This document shows, piece by piece, positions 48,950 to 62,483 of a stretch of DNA of 64,000 nucleotides (positions are counted from its first letter, which is position 1; the number at the start of each line of letters is the position of its first letter). The notes below the pieces were generated by a model. The model was not told the DNA's origin. It ran no database searches and was given only the letters and a program-made list of their open reading frames with translations. Location: assembly GCA_003971905.1 (NCBI GenBank), contig RSEE01000010.1:310001-374000 (forward strand). Reading direction: 5' to 3'. Source of the stretch: Moniliella sp. 'wahieum' (taxonomy: Eukaryota). A program made the position numbers and the translations under genes.

Positions 48950-50726
48950 TTACTTCTGGTCCTTGTCCGCCTCCTTGTCCTTGTCCGGCTTGGCGTCCCC
49001 AAACTTGATCCCACCGCCTTTGACCGGACTAAAGTGGAACTGACCTGGCCTTGCCACTCCTTCAAAGCTCGAGGTGGGGGAGTTGCCAAATCCAAATCCA
49101 ACCGCCGCCGCCGGACTGGTCGCCGCCACGCTGGACGGCGCTGCCACACCAAAGCCCACCTTGGCAGGCATGGAGGAAGAGCCAAAGCCACCAAACGCAC
49201 TCGTGTTAAACCCCGACTTGCCCGTTGACGTCGACGAACCAAAACTAAAAGCCGAAGCCGGCTTCTCCGGCTTATCCCCACCCTCGGCTTTTGTCGTGGT
49301 AACCGGCTTGAAGCTGAAGCCCGCGGAGGGGTTCTTGGTCGTGTCAGAAAACAGACTGGTCGAAGGCACAGGGTTCGCGGTGGTGGCCCCAACCCCACCT
49401 TTCGTCGAGGAAGTTTGCTCAGGTGTGGCAAATGCCGATGACGTAGAAGAGGAGGCCGGTTTGTCATCCTTGGCGGATGGATTGAAGCTAAACGCTGTAC
49501 CGCTGGGGGTGGGCGCCGCGGCCGAACCAAAAGAGAACAAGGGTTTGGCCGTCGCAGACTCTGGCTTCTTCTCTCCAGAGGGAGGGATGAAAGCAAACGT
49601 CTTTGGCTCCGCTTTCTCTTTCTTCGTCACTTCCTCCTCTTTTTCTTCCTTTGGAGATGAGCCAGAGGCGGGAGTTTTGGCTGCAACCTTGGCCCCGGCA
49701 AAGCTAAATCCTTCCTTGGGAATGTCAAAAGTGGGCACTCCCGCTGGCGGGGTACCAGTACTGGGCGCGGCAGGAGAGAACCCGACCGATTTCCCGCCAA
49801 ACGTGAACGACGTACCTGGGGCCACCTGGGAGCCGAAGGGCCTTTTTTCGGCTCTGGAAGGGGAGGCGTGGTACTCCTAGTCGCCGCCTTCTCAGCGGGA
49901 TTAGAACTGTCAGCCTTGGATGGGGCCGGGGAGGGGACTGGTGCTGGAGCAGCGGACTCGGCAGACTTAAACTTAAACATGGGTTTGGGTGCTGTGGCAG
50001 CGGGGGCAAATGTCAAAGAAGGCGACCGAGAAGGGGGTTTTGAGGTAGACGCCGTGGTGGAAGGGGTGGAAGGGACATTGAAGGTAAAAGCGGGCTTGGA
50101 TACAGGGGGCGGCGGCGGCGCCGAATCAGTAGATGTAGAAGACACGAGTGCTGGTTTCTCTGCATCCACCTTGGCCCGGTGTCCAGCGTAGGCTTTCAAC
50201 ACAGGACTAAGGTCGACAAATGGATCGGTTTCCATTGCCTTTTCAATGGCGCGGGACAGACTCGCGTTGAGCCCACGAATTTGGATAAAGTACGAGACAA
50301 GAGGTTCCCCCCCTTCCTTCTCCTATAGCAGTCGAAGGGGCAGATGAAGAAATGGGTGTCCCAGAGCTGGACAGAGGCTTTGACGCGGAGGTGGGGGCAG
50401 GTGGAACGGCAGGTGTAGAAAAGTTGAACGAGGGGGCGGTGGTGGCGGGCGCAAGTGTAGTCGTCCCCGCGGTCCCAAACGAAAAGAGGGGCTTGGATGA
50501 AGGTACACTGGATACACTAGGGGCAGCAGGGACAGAAGCACCTCCGCTACCAAATGTAGGCGCGACGGAAGGCGTCGGCCGTGCGCCACCTAAGGCCCGG
50601 CGGGCAGTCCCTTGATCGGCCTTCGTTCGACGGGGAGGGCCGGGGCGGGGGAGCCTCTGGAACGTCATCTTCTTCCTCGCCCTCGGTTTCGCGCGTGAGT
50701 TGGTGGATTGCTTGACGTTTGGCCAT
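48950..50726 (-). CDS. NUP2: Nup2/Nup50-like FxFG nucleoporin
   Basis: N-terminal MAKRQAIHQLTRE, central IQIRGLNASL..DPFVDL..L..Y block, and numerous FSFG/FTFG/FGFG repeats. Frame breaks at about 50650, 50310 and 49850. Confidence 0.8.
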
Positions 50727-51251
50727 TCCGGTCCTGTGTCCAGCAGACGTGGTGGTAGTGGTGGTGGTGATGGTGGTGATACCAGCGGCCGAGTCGAGTG
50801 GAGCCTCAGCAGCCAGGCTGGCTACCCCCATCGCCGCTTCGAGTCCGCGGGCTGGCAGCTGCCCGACGGATCGGGCGCTCCAGTCGAGGCCCAGGCAGGG
50901 GGGCAGCGTAGCCCCGGGGCGTGACCGCTAGGGTTGTGCTTACCCAGTGCTGTCGTGCCTGCGTGCGACAGCCAGCCAACCCAGCGGCCCCAACGGCCCA
51001 GCCGAAACCATCCCCCAGCGGTCAGGTGACCTCACCCCTCATCCCCTCACCGGTTTGCTCGGGCAGCTGCATCGTCCATTATTCCATCTTGGCCCCCATC
51101 TCTATGTTGAGCATGTCTATAGCGGGTTACTAGCGCCGGCCAATTTGGGCGAAAGGGTAGCTGTTGATGCCAGGGTCCAGAGAGGGAAATGATTCATTAA
51201 TCATTGCAAGCTCGACGGCATTGCATGGAGCAAACACAATGCAATGCTAGC

Positions 51252-54200
51252 TTACTTCTTTTTGCGCTGCCGCTGCGCTTTCTTTTTCCGGCGACGCTTC
51301 TCACGCTCCTTCTCCTCCTTGGTAAGGAGGCTCTGTGAAGCGGTGTCCTGTGAATCTGCGACGGCCTTCTCAACTTGACTCTCCACTGCCGGAAGGAAGG
51401 GGTCGGATCCAGGCTCGGAAGTAGGTAGGGCCGAGGGAGTCGTCTCGGAGCTGGCCAAATCCGTCGTGCTCGACGACAGAGTGTCCTTCTCCAGCCCAGC
51501 CGGGTCTCCGTTCTCCGTTCCTTGGAATGGATCGGGCGGTGTGGCTTCTACGGGCGAGGAGGGGTCGCGATGCGTTGCTTGGTCGTCAAGGTCCACCACC
51601 GCTGCATGCACCTCTTCCTCATGCTGGTCGTCCCTACTCTTCGATTCGGTCGCCTTGGATCCACGACCCATGGGATCTTGTTCAGGTTCCGACTGAGCCG
51701 GCTGGGCCTCCAAAGCTGAAGCAGTCGCTTCGATCTGGTCCTTCGCTGTCGCCTCAATATCCGCTCCCGTAGGCAAAATTTCCACGGTGCGCTCTGGTGT
51801 CGTTGGAGCAACCAAGGTAGACTCTGAAGTCTCCACTGTTTTGTTTGGAGCATCTATCGATGCGCTTTGAGGCACAGTACCTGAGCGGGGTGCAGTGATC
51901 TCGGCTCCCGACGAAGGGACGGTGGAATCGGTTCGAGAGAGGCTAGAACCGCTTTGTGCAGAGGCAGAGGTTGGGAACGTGGCAACGTCGCGCCCAGCTG
52001 CAGACTCCTTCACAGCCTCGGAAGCTGCACCCTGAGCAGCAGGTGTCGGTGAAAGTGTCTCTTTCCCCGCATTCGCAGACACCATCGGTTCTCCCGCAGG
52101 CGTTTCCGTTGCCTTAGCCATCCCTGTTTCATCTTTAGCGAGGGAACTCACGGGGGAGTTGCTTGTCGAGCCATTCGCCATAGGGCGCTCCTCGGAGACC
52201 CGGCTCCCAGCCTCCACGACGGTAGTAGCGGCATCAGGTCGGGTCTCAGACGAGTCCGGCACGGCCTCTGAATCGGGTGGCGCAGCCGCCACAGCTGGGA
52301 TGAGCGGGGACGAAACGGGCGTGGATGCCGCGTGGGAGGAAGCGGTCTGAGCCGCAGCATTGCTGGTATGCACAGGCGAGAGAGGTGTCTTGCCCAAAGA
52401 AGCGCGCTTCCGGGTCGCTTCCGCAAGACGCTCTTTCAGCGACAGACGTTTGCGACGCTTGTCGGGCGTGGCAGGCGATGATGTCGACCCTGACGTTGTA
52501 GATGAAGCTACAGCGGGAATGGGAACGGCAGCTGGAGTGGGATCCGGCGTCGGGGTCCAGTTGGGACGGGGTCTGGCGTGAGGACTGCAGTTGGGGTAGA
52601 ATCCGGCGTGGGAACTGCAGTTGGGGTAGGATCCGTCGGGGGAACTGCGGTTGGGGCAGGATCCGGCGCAGGAGCTTCAGTTGGGGCAGGATCCGGTGTG
52701 GGAGCTTCAGTTGGGGCAGGAACGGGTACAGACTCCACCGTCGCCGTTGAGGTCGCTGTTGGGGTTGCTGATGTGGGTTCTGATGCACAGGGCTCTGGAA
52801 TGGGGGTGGGGTCCAGTGGGGTGGGATTAGGAGGCGGGTTCTCCTTCGAGGCAGGCAGGATAGGCGGAACAGTCGTTACAGTACTCATAGGTACTTGGTC
52901 CTGTCGTGGTGCCGACACAGGAGCAGGTGGCGGCAGATCTTTCCCCCCCATCGCCGGGCTCTCGATAATGCTTGTTTCCATCATAGGCGTGGGGGCGGGG
53001 TGAGGCGAATGTCTCGGTGTAGGCGAAGCAGAAGCACTGCTCGTTCGGCGAGGCAGGCGCTGGGCAAGAGGAACGTCTTCGTCCGAGTCGTCGCTGGTTG
53101 ACCCCCCGGCCGTCCCAGAAGGAGGAGCGGTGACATGTACCGGAGGTCCATTGCGCGCCAGCAGGATCGGCCGAGCCTCGTCCTCGTCGTCCGTCACGGG
53201 CACCGGGCTGGCCCGTCTCGGTTCAGGACGAGTGAGCAAAGGCGCGTGTAGGGCGGGAACAAACGTAGACATTGGTGAACGTGGTGGGCTGGAGCCAGGA
53301 GACGGGGCCGCCGGGGAGGGAGACGCCAAGGGGAATAAGTAGAGCGCACAGGCTCGGACGGGGCACGGAGATGGATATGGTGGGCATTGGCCATGCTCGA
53401 ACTGGACCGACGAGGTACGTAGGAGGTTGTAAGGGGGTACTCCCGCCCCGAGCCTGATGATACGGGCGAGGGCGAAGGGCAGAAACCTGGCGGGGACAAA
53501 CTGTTCTCGCCTAATGATCCTGAAAAGGATCCGTGCCGACGCATCCTGGTCTCAATCGATGGGATCGTCAAGTCGTTGAGAGGGGGACTGGGCGCCGGGG
53601 AAACGGTACTCCTCCTGCGGGGGGGGCGTTGCCGCGGCTGGTACTTAATCGTTGGGGTAGCTGAAGGAGCCTGTGCAGGCGGAGGCGCATCGTTGGCCCC
53701 CGATGGGGCCAGTGGGATTGGGGAGTCCGTCCGCGTAGGTTCAGTCGCCTTCAACACTGTCCGCACGCCCGATCCAACCGGTTCGGGACGTATCGATGGG
53801 GCGGTGACAGAGGGCGGGGTTTTACCGGAAGCAAGAGTCTTGTCGCTAGGGGATGCTTGAGCAGGTGAGTCGCGCACCATCGAAAGGGATGTTCGACTGG
53901 CCGTCATGGAAGTCCGAGGTGTCGTCACTGGAGGGGGCCGAGGGGCAAGAATCGTCTCTTGGAGCTTGAGCAAGTTAGACGCGTCCCAGGAAGCCATCCC
54001 CTTGAGCTTGAGGACATGAGTAACAAAGCGAGCTAGGTCGGCGTGCATTGCTTCACGCGGGGGCACCTCTGGTCGTACAAATTCTCGTGCCGGCAAGGAC
54101 GGAGTAGCAGAACGGACGGAACCCATCCCATTCGACTTGGACGGTCGAGGTTTTTCCAGTGCATCCCAATCAATCGATCGCACTGCCTCAGCAAGGTGCA

Positions 54201-57140
54201 AATCAATCGAAGCACCTGCTCGCTTCATGATCGAATCGAGCGTGCTGGGAGGTAGATATCGGCTTAAGATTGTCGACAACGTCGAGCTGTCCTTCAGCAG
54301 CCCAGCCAGTGGAGCAAGCTGAGGAGGCTGTTCATCGTCCTTCCTTTTTCCGTCCCCGTCCTCCCGAGGGGTTTGTTCAGGATTGACATCCTTCTCTTTG
54401 AGTCCGAGTCGGAACTGACGCTCCGCTTCCGCAGCTTGTTCCCACTTCAGAGTCTGTACAACACGAGCGCCATGACAGTTAGTATTCGGCACATCCAGAC
54501 CAACGCCAAGGAACATACTTACCCTGAGAGAACGAGAATGAACAGCGATACGTTCCTGAAGAATGGAAACAAGTTTCGTTTGGATCTCCATTCGATGATC
54601 AGTGTAATCTTGCCGCAGACGGTCAAACTCGGTGAGCATGAGCTTCATCCGCTTCGGGAGGTGACGCCGCACCATCTCACGGATGTAGGGCAGTAGGCTC
54701 ACCACAGCACTGAGAGACTGCTCAGCCAAAGCCAAATGACGGGCATTGATGTTGGTCAATCCAGCACTGCGCAGAGCTCCTGCGCCTAGAACCATCTGAC
54801 ACACGACTGTTGAACTGCTTGAGAAACTCGACGAGACGAGCAAGAACTTCGACGCAAATCAACGGCAGGTTCAGCACCAACCGGCAGTACCGTCCCAATT
54901 GAGGGAGCATGACCAACGTCGCACATACGACAAAGTAACGGTGACCCTCGATCTCAAGCGTTTTGAGGTCGCGCTCGCCGGCCGACTTGCTAGGTGCGGA
55001 CGGTGACTGAGTAGCCTCGTTGCCTGTCTGACGCAACACCAGCAGTTGCACTGGATCTTCCGTGGCCCCTAGCAACATTGTCTCAACCAGATCCTGGACC
55101 GGCGCGGGAACAGGCTTAGTATTCCACCTCTCCGTGTCCACAGCGCCAGCTGTGACCGACAACCTGCGTGCATGCACAACCCCAACAAATTCGCGTGCCA
55201 GACGTAAAAGCGTGGAGCGTAACACATCGGACCCGCCACTGGACCCGCTGCTGCTGCCCAGGACGTCGGAGGGTAAGCGGCTGCGCAACATGAACCCCCA
55301 TCCAAGTTGAAAGGAGGGCAAGAAGGCGGTCAATTCTGGGTCGGTCCAGACTGTGGTTGGATCTTCGAGCTGCGCCAGGCTCGGTGTGGGCTGTAGCGGG
55401 CCTAGCACGAGCCCACGCGCAGAAAAGATGCGCGCGACCGAGACGTGGACCGCAGCACGGGTGTTGGTACGGGCTTGGGCCATGCCCTCATCGTCAGGGG
55501 CAGCTGGGCCATCTCGGGGGTTTGGGAGAGCAAGTGGAAGGCCTTGTCCGAGGTGTGGAGCACATCGAGCAGTGCCTCCAAATACACATGGGTCCGTTCC
55601 ACAAACTCTTCGGCGGAAAGAGAACGAAGGTGGGCGACGGCCGCATCGGGAGGCTTGCTCACTCCGGGGGGTTGGTTGACGAGCTGCACCAGACAAGGGA
55701 TTACCTCCTCTGGGAATTGAGCGGCAGACCAGGCTACCGGAGCAATTGCCTGGACGGCCTGCAAGGTAGCTTGCTCTAGGGCCTGAGCGACCAAGCCGAG
55801 CGAATTGGCCTGAGCCAGAGCGGTGAGCAAAGGACGAACGCTCTCAAGTTTCCCTTTCTCTTCGAATTTGAGATGATTATCTTCATCGCTGGGGGACTCC
55901 TCAGGCGCCGATTGAAGCATTTCTGTTCCTTGAATGGGAGAAGCAGTAGCGACAGGAGAGGCATCTGTGCCGGGTAAGGGTGTGGCCTCAGCAGTGGCCG
56001 CAGCCAACTGTTCAGCGGCCAAGGAGATGGAAGAGTGTAAGGTGCGGGCACGACGGGCTCGTAGGGAACGTAGTCGCTCAGCCTCGACATGGGAAAGCTT
56101 GCTGGGCGATACATGATCTTTGGCTTCAGACAAGAGGAGGTCAGTGATGGAAGTCGTGAACCATTCTCTTAGTGCTGCTTCCAACTCGCCACACGAGCCT
56201 CGGAGGTGTGTGTCGCACTCCCATCGAGGCGAGTGGACAATGCCTGGAGCGAAGCAATGTCGGACAGTTTGAGTTGTTGGCTCGTTCCGTCCTCTTCAAT
56301 CCCAACCGAGTCTGAGACAACAAGAGGCTCCTGAAGCGATAAACGAACCTGCTTGGCAGCCTGCAATGCGTCAAGCCATCTACGCTGTTGGGCAAGTTGC
56401 TCGGCCGTTTCCGATTGGTTAACGACGACTTGGATACGCTCGAGAGTAGACAAGACGATTTGAAGCCGACGACGGCGCTGCTGGTGCAGAATCAGAGAGG
56501 CGCCGACGTGATTGATGTCCTGGTCCAAAGCGCGCACCCTGCTTTGGAGTGCAACCGTTTCAGATGCGCACAATTGGCCAGACCGAGTGAGGGTTTGAAG
56601 AGAGGAGGCGGTATCGACGATAGCATCCGACCGCTCGGACAAGGCGGAGACGAGATGCTGTTCGATCACATCCGAATAAAACGACAACTTTTCGCCCAGC
56701 AGGGCCGGGATACTGTCAATGCCATCTTGTGCGAACTCTGGCGACGGCGTGGTACTGTCGGAGGAGAAGGGCGCAGCAGCGCTGACCTCAAAGACCTGCT
56801 CGAAGAAGCCTGGATCGGAAAGAGAAAACGCCTGGTCGAAGAACACGGAGGGAACCGAGTCCAAGGGTAGGACATCTTCCTCCTCGCCGCCGGGGCGAGT
56901 GCCGGCGTCCGAGGAGGAACGAAGCGCTGGGGGTCGTCTAAGTTTGCTCCATGCTGGCTGCACAGCACGCACATATCCGCTTGCATCGACGGGTGGCACA
57001 TCCGAGGAGAGGAGGGTGTCCGCGGGCGGAAGGGCAGGGAAGGCGAGGGCGGGGTAGCGAGAGGAGTGGGGATCGATGGGGTGGGCGCGGCGTGTGGGGT
57101 GGTTGAGGACGGTGGAAATGGCGTTGAAGCCGGCACTCAT
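51252..57140 (-). CDS. VPS54: GARP complex subunit Vps54 with a long low-complexity C-terminal extension
   Basis: GFNAISTVLNHP, PLDSVPSVFFD..F.L..P, EKLSFYSDVIEQHLV, ERWN...VP, YFVVCATL, LVEFLKQFNS..QMVLGAGA.RSAGLTNINARHLALA.QSL, DY..H..EI..KLVSIL.ER. Intron at about 54454-54521. Several frame breaks. Confidence 0.9.
52569..52718 (-). repeat. Coding 30 bp tandem repeat x5 (APTEAPTPDP / PTAVPTPDS-type units)
   Basis: GGATCCGG.GTGGGA.CT.CAGTTGGGG.A units in frame within the VPS54 tail. Confidence 0.88.
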
Positions 57141-57764
57141 GGTGTGAGTGGGGCAGGGGGCGCAGCGGCGGCGTGCTGGCGTCGAAGCGTATCGGGTATC
57201 CGGGGGAGGTGAGTGCTGATGCGTTGAGCGTGGGCGTGACGGCGTGGGGGTCTCCACCGCAGGGTTAGGAGGATCCGCCCGCGCGCCACATCGGTGCATC
57301 CCGCAGGCAATCATAATCAGCCGGCGCAGCACATCGGAATGCAGCCACGCAGACTCCGCCTCCTCCTGTCCAGGCCAGCCGACCGTACCATCGAGCTGAC
57401 CCTCTGATGTCATCGACCGCAGCAACCCAATTCCGCCCGGTACACTGAGCCAGCTTGATGAATTGATTGTTCGCCGCCGATGCATGATGCACTGACGCGT
57501 GATTAATGATTGACGATTCGAGTAGCCAGCGAGTGATCTGTCGCGCTAGTCACGTGCTTCTGGCCCCTGATCCTGTGCATGCGACGTGTGGCGGCAGGAG
57601 GCGGGACTGCTTCAAGTTTCAGGCTCAGGGAGCTTCAGGTGCAAACGGAATGTGAGTGTGACAAAAGTGACACTGGTTTATCACCTGACATGCTGACGCG
57701 GGACATGTGAAACTAGCAGAGACGTGACGCGCGTGACGCGTGATGGAGTTTGAAAAGTGAAATT

Positions 57765-58027
57765 TGAGGAGGTCGGAGTCCTGCATAGTCCTGAGGCCCG
57801 GAGGTCTGAGGGAGGCCTGAGGCCGGATGCAAACGTCCTCCTCCTTTACAACAACGCCTACAGAGAGCATCAAGCAGCCAGTCGCCCCCAGGAGCTAGGT
57901 TGTGGAACAAAGAAAACTGAAGCGAAAAAGCAACGGAACTCCTAGGCCTGAGGCCTGAGAGGGACTGAAGCTTGAAGCTTGAAGGAAGGGACGTATCTAG
58001 TTGGCCAAAACATACGGTGGCTCAGCA
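57765..58027 (+). mobile_element. Degenerate LTR of the same family, with internal heptamer expansions
   Basis: CAACGCCTACAGAG..CATCAAGCAGC.AGTCGCC.CCAGG.GCTA..GGAACAA..CAACGGAACTCCTAGGCCTGAG..TTGGCCAAA..GGCTCAGCA. Left boundary approximate; no TSD seen. Confidence 0.78.
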
Positions 58028-58933
58028 GGGTTAGCGCGTGACGGGTGGGTGCGTGATATGGTGCTCTGACGGTCACGCCCTTCACATGTGATGCTTGCGC
58101 AGCGACAGACACTGTTTGGCAGTTGGTGACTACTGTGACTAGGCGGCAGGTGACAAGGTGACTAGGTGACCGGCGTCTTCGTGACATGTGACATGTGACA
58201 GGTTTTGGTCCGGTGACGCGGTGACGCGACGTGTGACATGTGACGAGCGAATGGCTAGGGTGTCGAATTAAGAATTGGGCCTTGGGGCCGCTGGCTGGGT
58301 TGGGGCTGGGCCGAGCAGCGCAACTTGCTACGGCGCTGCACAGCACAGACACCGGGCGAGCGTCCACCAGCCGTCGGGGGGGCTGCGACCTCGGGGCCTA
58401 GCTGGCCTCGCAGGGCGTCGCAGCACCCGCACCAGTACCCAGTGTGAATTGCTAGGTGGCTACCGGTATAGCTTCGAGCAGTACATCCCGCTTCCCGTAT
58501 CCACTGTGGCCTACTGCTGCGCACTTGCTCACCCACTGACGCATGATCGATGATCCCGCAGTTCAGTAGACGGGCGCATCATGCATCATGCATCATGCCC
58601 ATCATGCGTCCCCACCCCATCCCACATCCCGCATTGCATCATGCATCACATGCGTCACCGCGTCACCATCCCCCGGGCGCGCAGACAGTGTTGAATTTTG
58701 CAATGTTGCACGTGTGAACGTCACTGGCGGAGTACGGCCGTACTGAACGTGCATCCAGCGTGCAGAACACTGAACGTCTGAACAGCGGCCACTGCGTCAC
58801 TCGTCGCTGTGCCCGTCGCTGGCCGGAGTAGGGCGGAGGCCCAGGCCAGGACAGCAGCATGTGCGACAGCTACTCTGCCAAGCCGCTTGGTTGACTGGCC
58901 TGCCTGCCCGTCTGTCTTGGGCCCCAACGTTAA

Positions 58934-61460
<2,527 letters not shown>

Positions 61461-62483
61461 GCCCCCCGTCGACTCAGCACGGTAGCCCTCGACAGGTCCC
61501 GCGACGTTCGTGCTGTGATCGCTGGTGTGACCAGTATGATCTGCGCCAGTGGCGCCCCCAATCTTTTTCGCCATGGTCCTCCAAGGACAACCATATGAAG
61601 GGGATCCGGTGTTGCGGTTCCCCTGTACGTCATCGGATTGCGCTAGATGCGTTGCATCGTACGTGTGGGTTGTGAGCGCTCTGCAGGCGTATTCTCATTT
61701 TACCGGTTACCCCCGCCCCTGTTCTTGTGACATGTGACGAGAGACGGGCGCGGATTCGTTTCCTTCTTCCATATCCTTCCCCACCCTTTCCTTTCTTTTC
61801 GTTTCTTTCCTCCGTTTCCCACGCCCCTTTCGTTGTCGGGAGCCTTCGTGCGGACACGCGGCTTCCCCATTTTGTATCATAGTAGCACTGCGTCCCCTCC
61901 CAAGTGGCATCACACACCTTCGATATGCTGGCACGAGAAGAGTGCGCTATAGCGAGCTACCTTGTGTGTTGCACCTCGGAAGCTTTTGCCCATGCAGACC
62001 GGTGCCGTTCGTCCAACGTTGTACAGCCTGTGCTGCTGGCGGCAGGATAGGCAAACGAAATCGGAGAGACGAGACGGGCAGGCGTGTTTTGCCTTGGCCG
62101 TGGCCGACGAGGCCACCTGAGAAGCGTGCTCCGCTAGGGGTGGCTTTCAAATTTCACTGGGGACGTGACGCATGATGGCCACGTGCGGCGCGTGACATGT
62201 GACGTGCGGGTAGGCTGCGGCTTTCATTCCGATCGAAAGGGCGCGCGTGCGGCCACAACACAGGGCACGTGACTAGATGGGCACGGGGGCAGTGGCGTGC
62301 GCGAATTGCGTCTGCGCGCGGGCGACAGGCCGCGACAGGAGGATGGCTGCGCGACGGAGGGTGAAGCTGAAGGCGAGCCGTCGCTTCAACTGGAAGCGCA
62401 CGCGTGACGGCGGCGGCTGCCATCCTGCCACCGCTGCGCTCCGCTCGGCTGCCTCTGCACCCCGTCGGCTCCGTCGGCTAGCT

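Noticed and set aside
52569..52718. 30 bp repeats as a CRISPR-like array
   Set aside because: The units are directly tandem with no unique spacers, are in frame within a eukaryotic CDS, and there are no cas genes.
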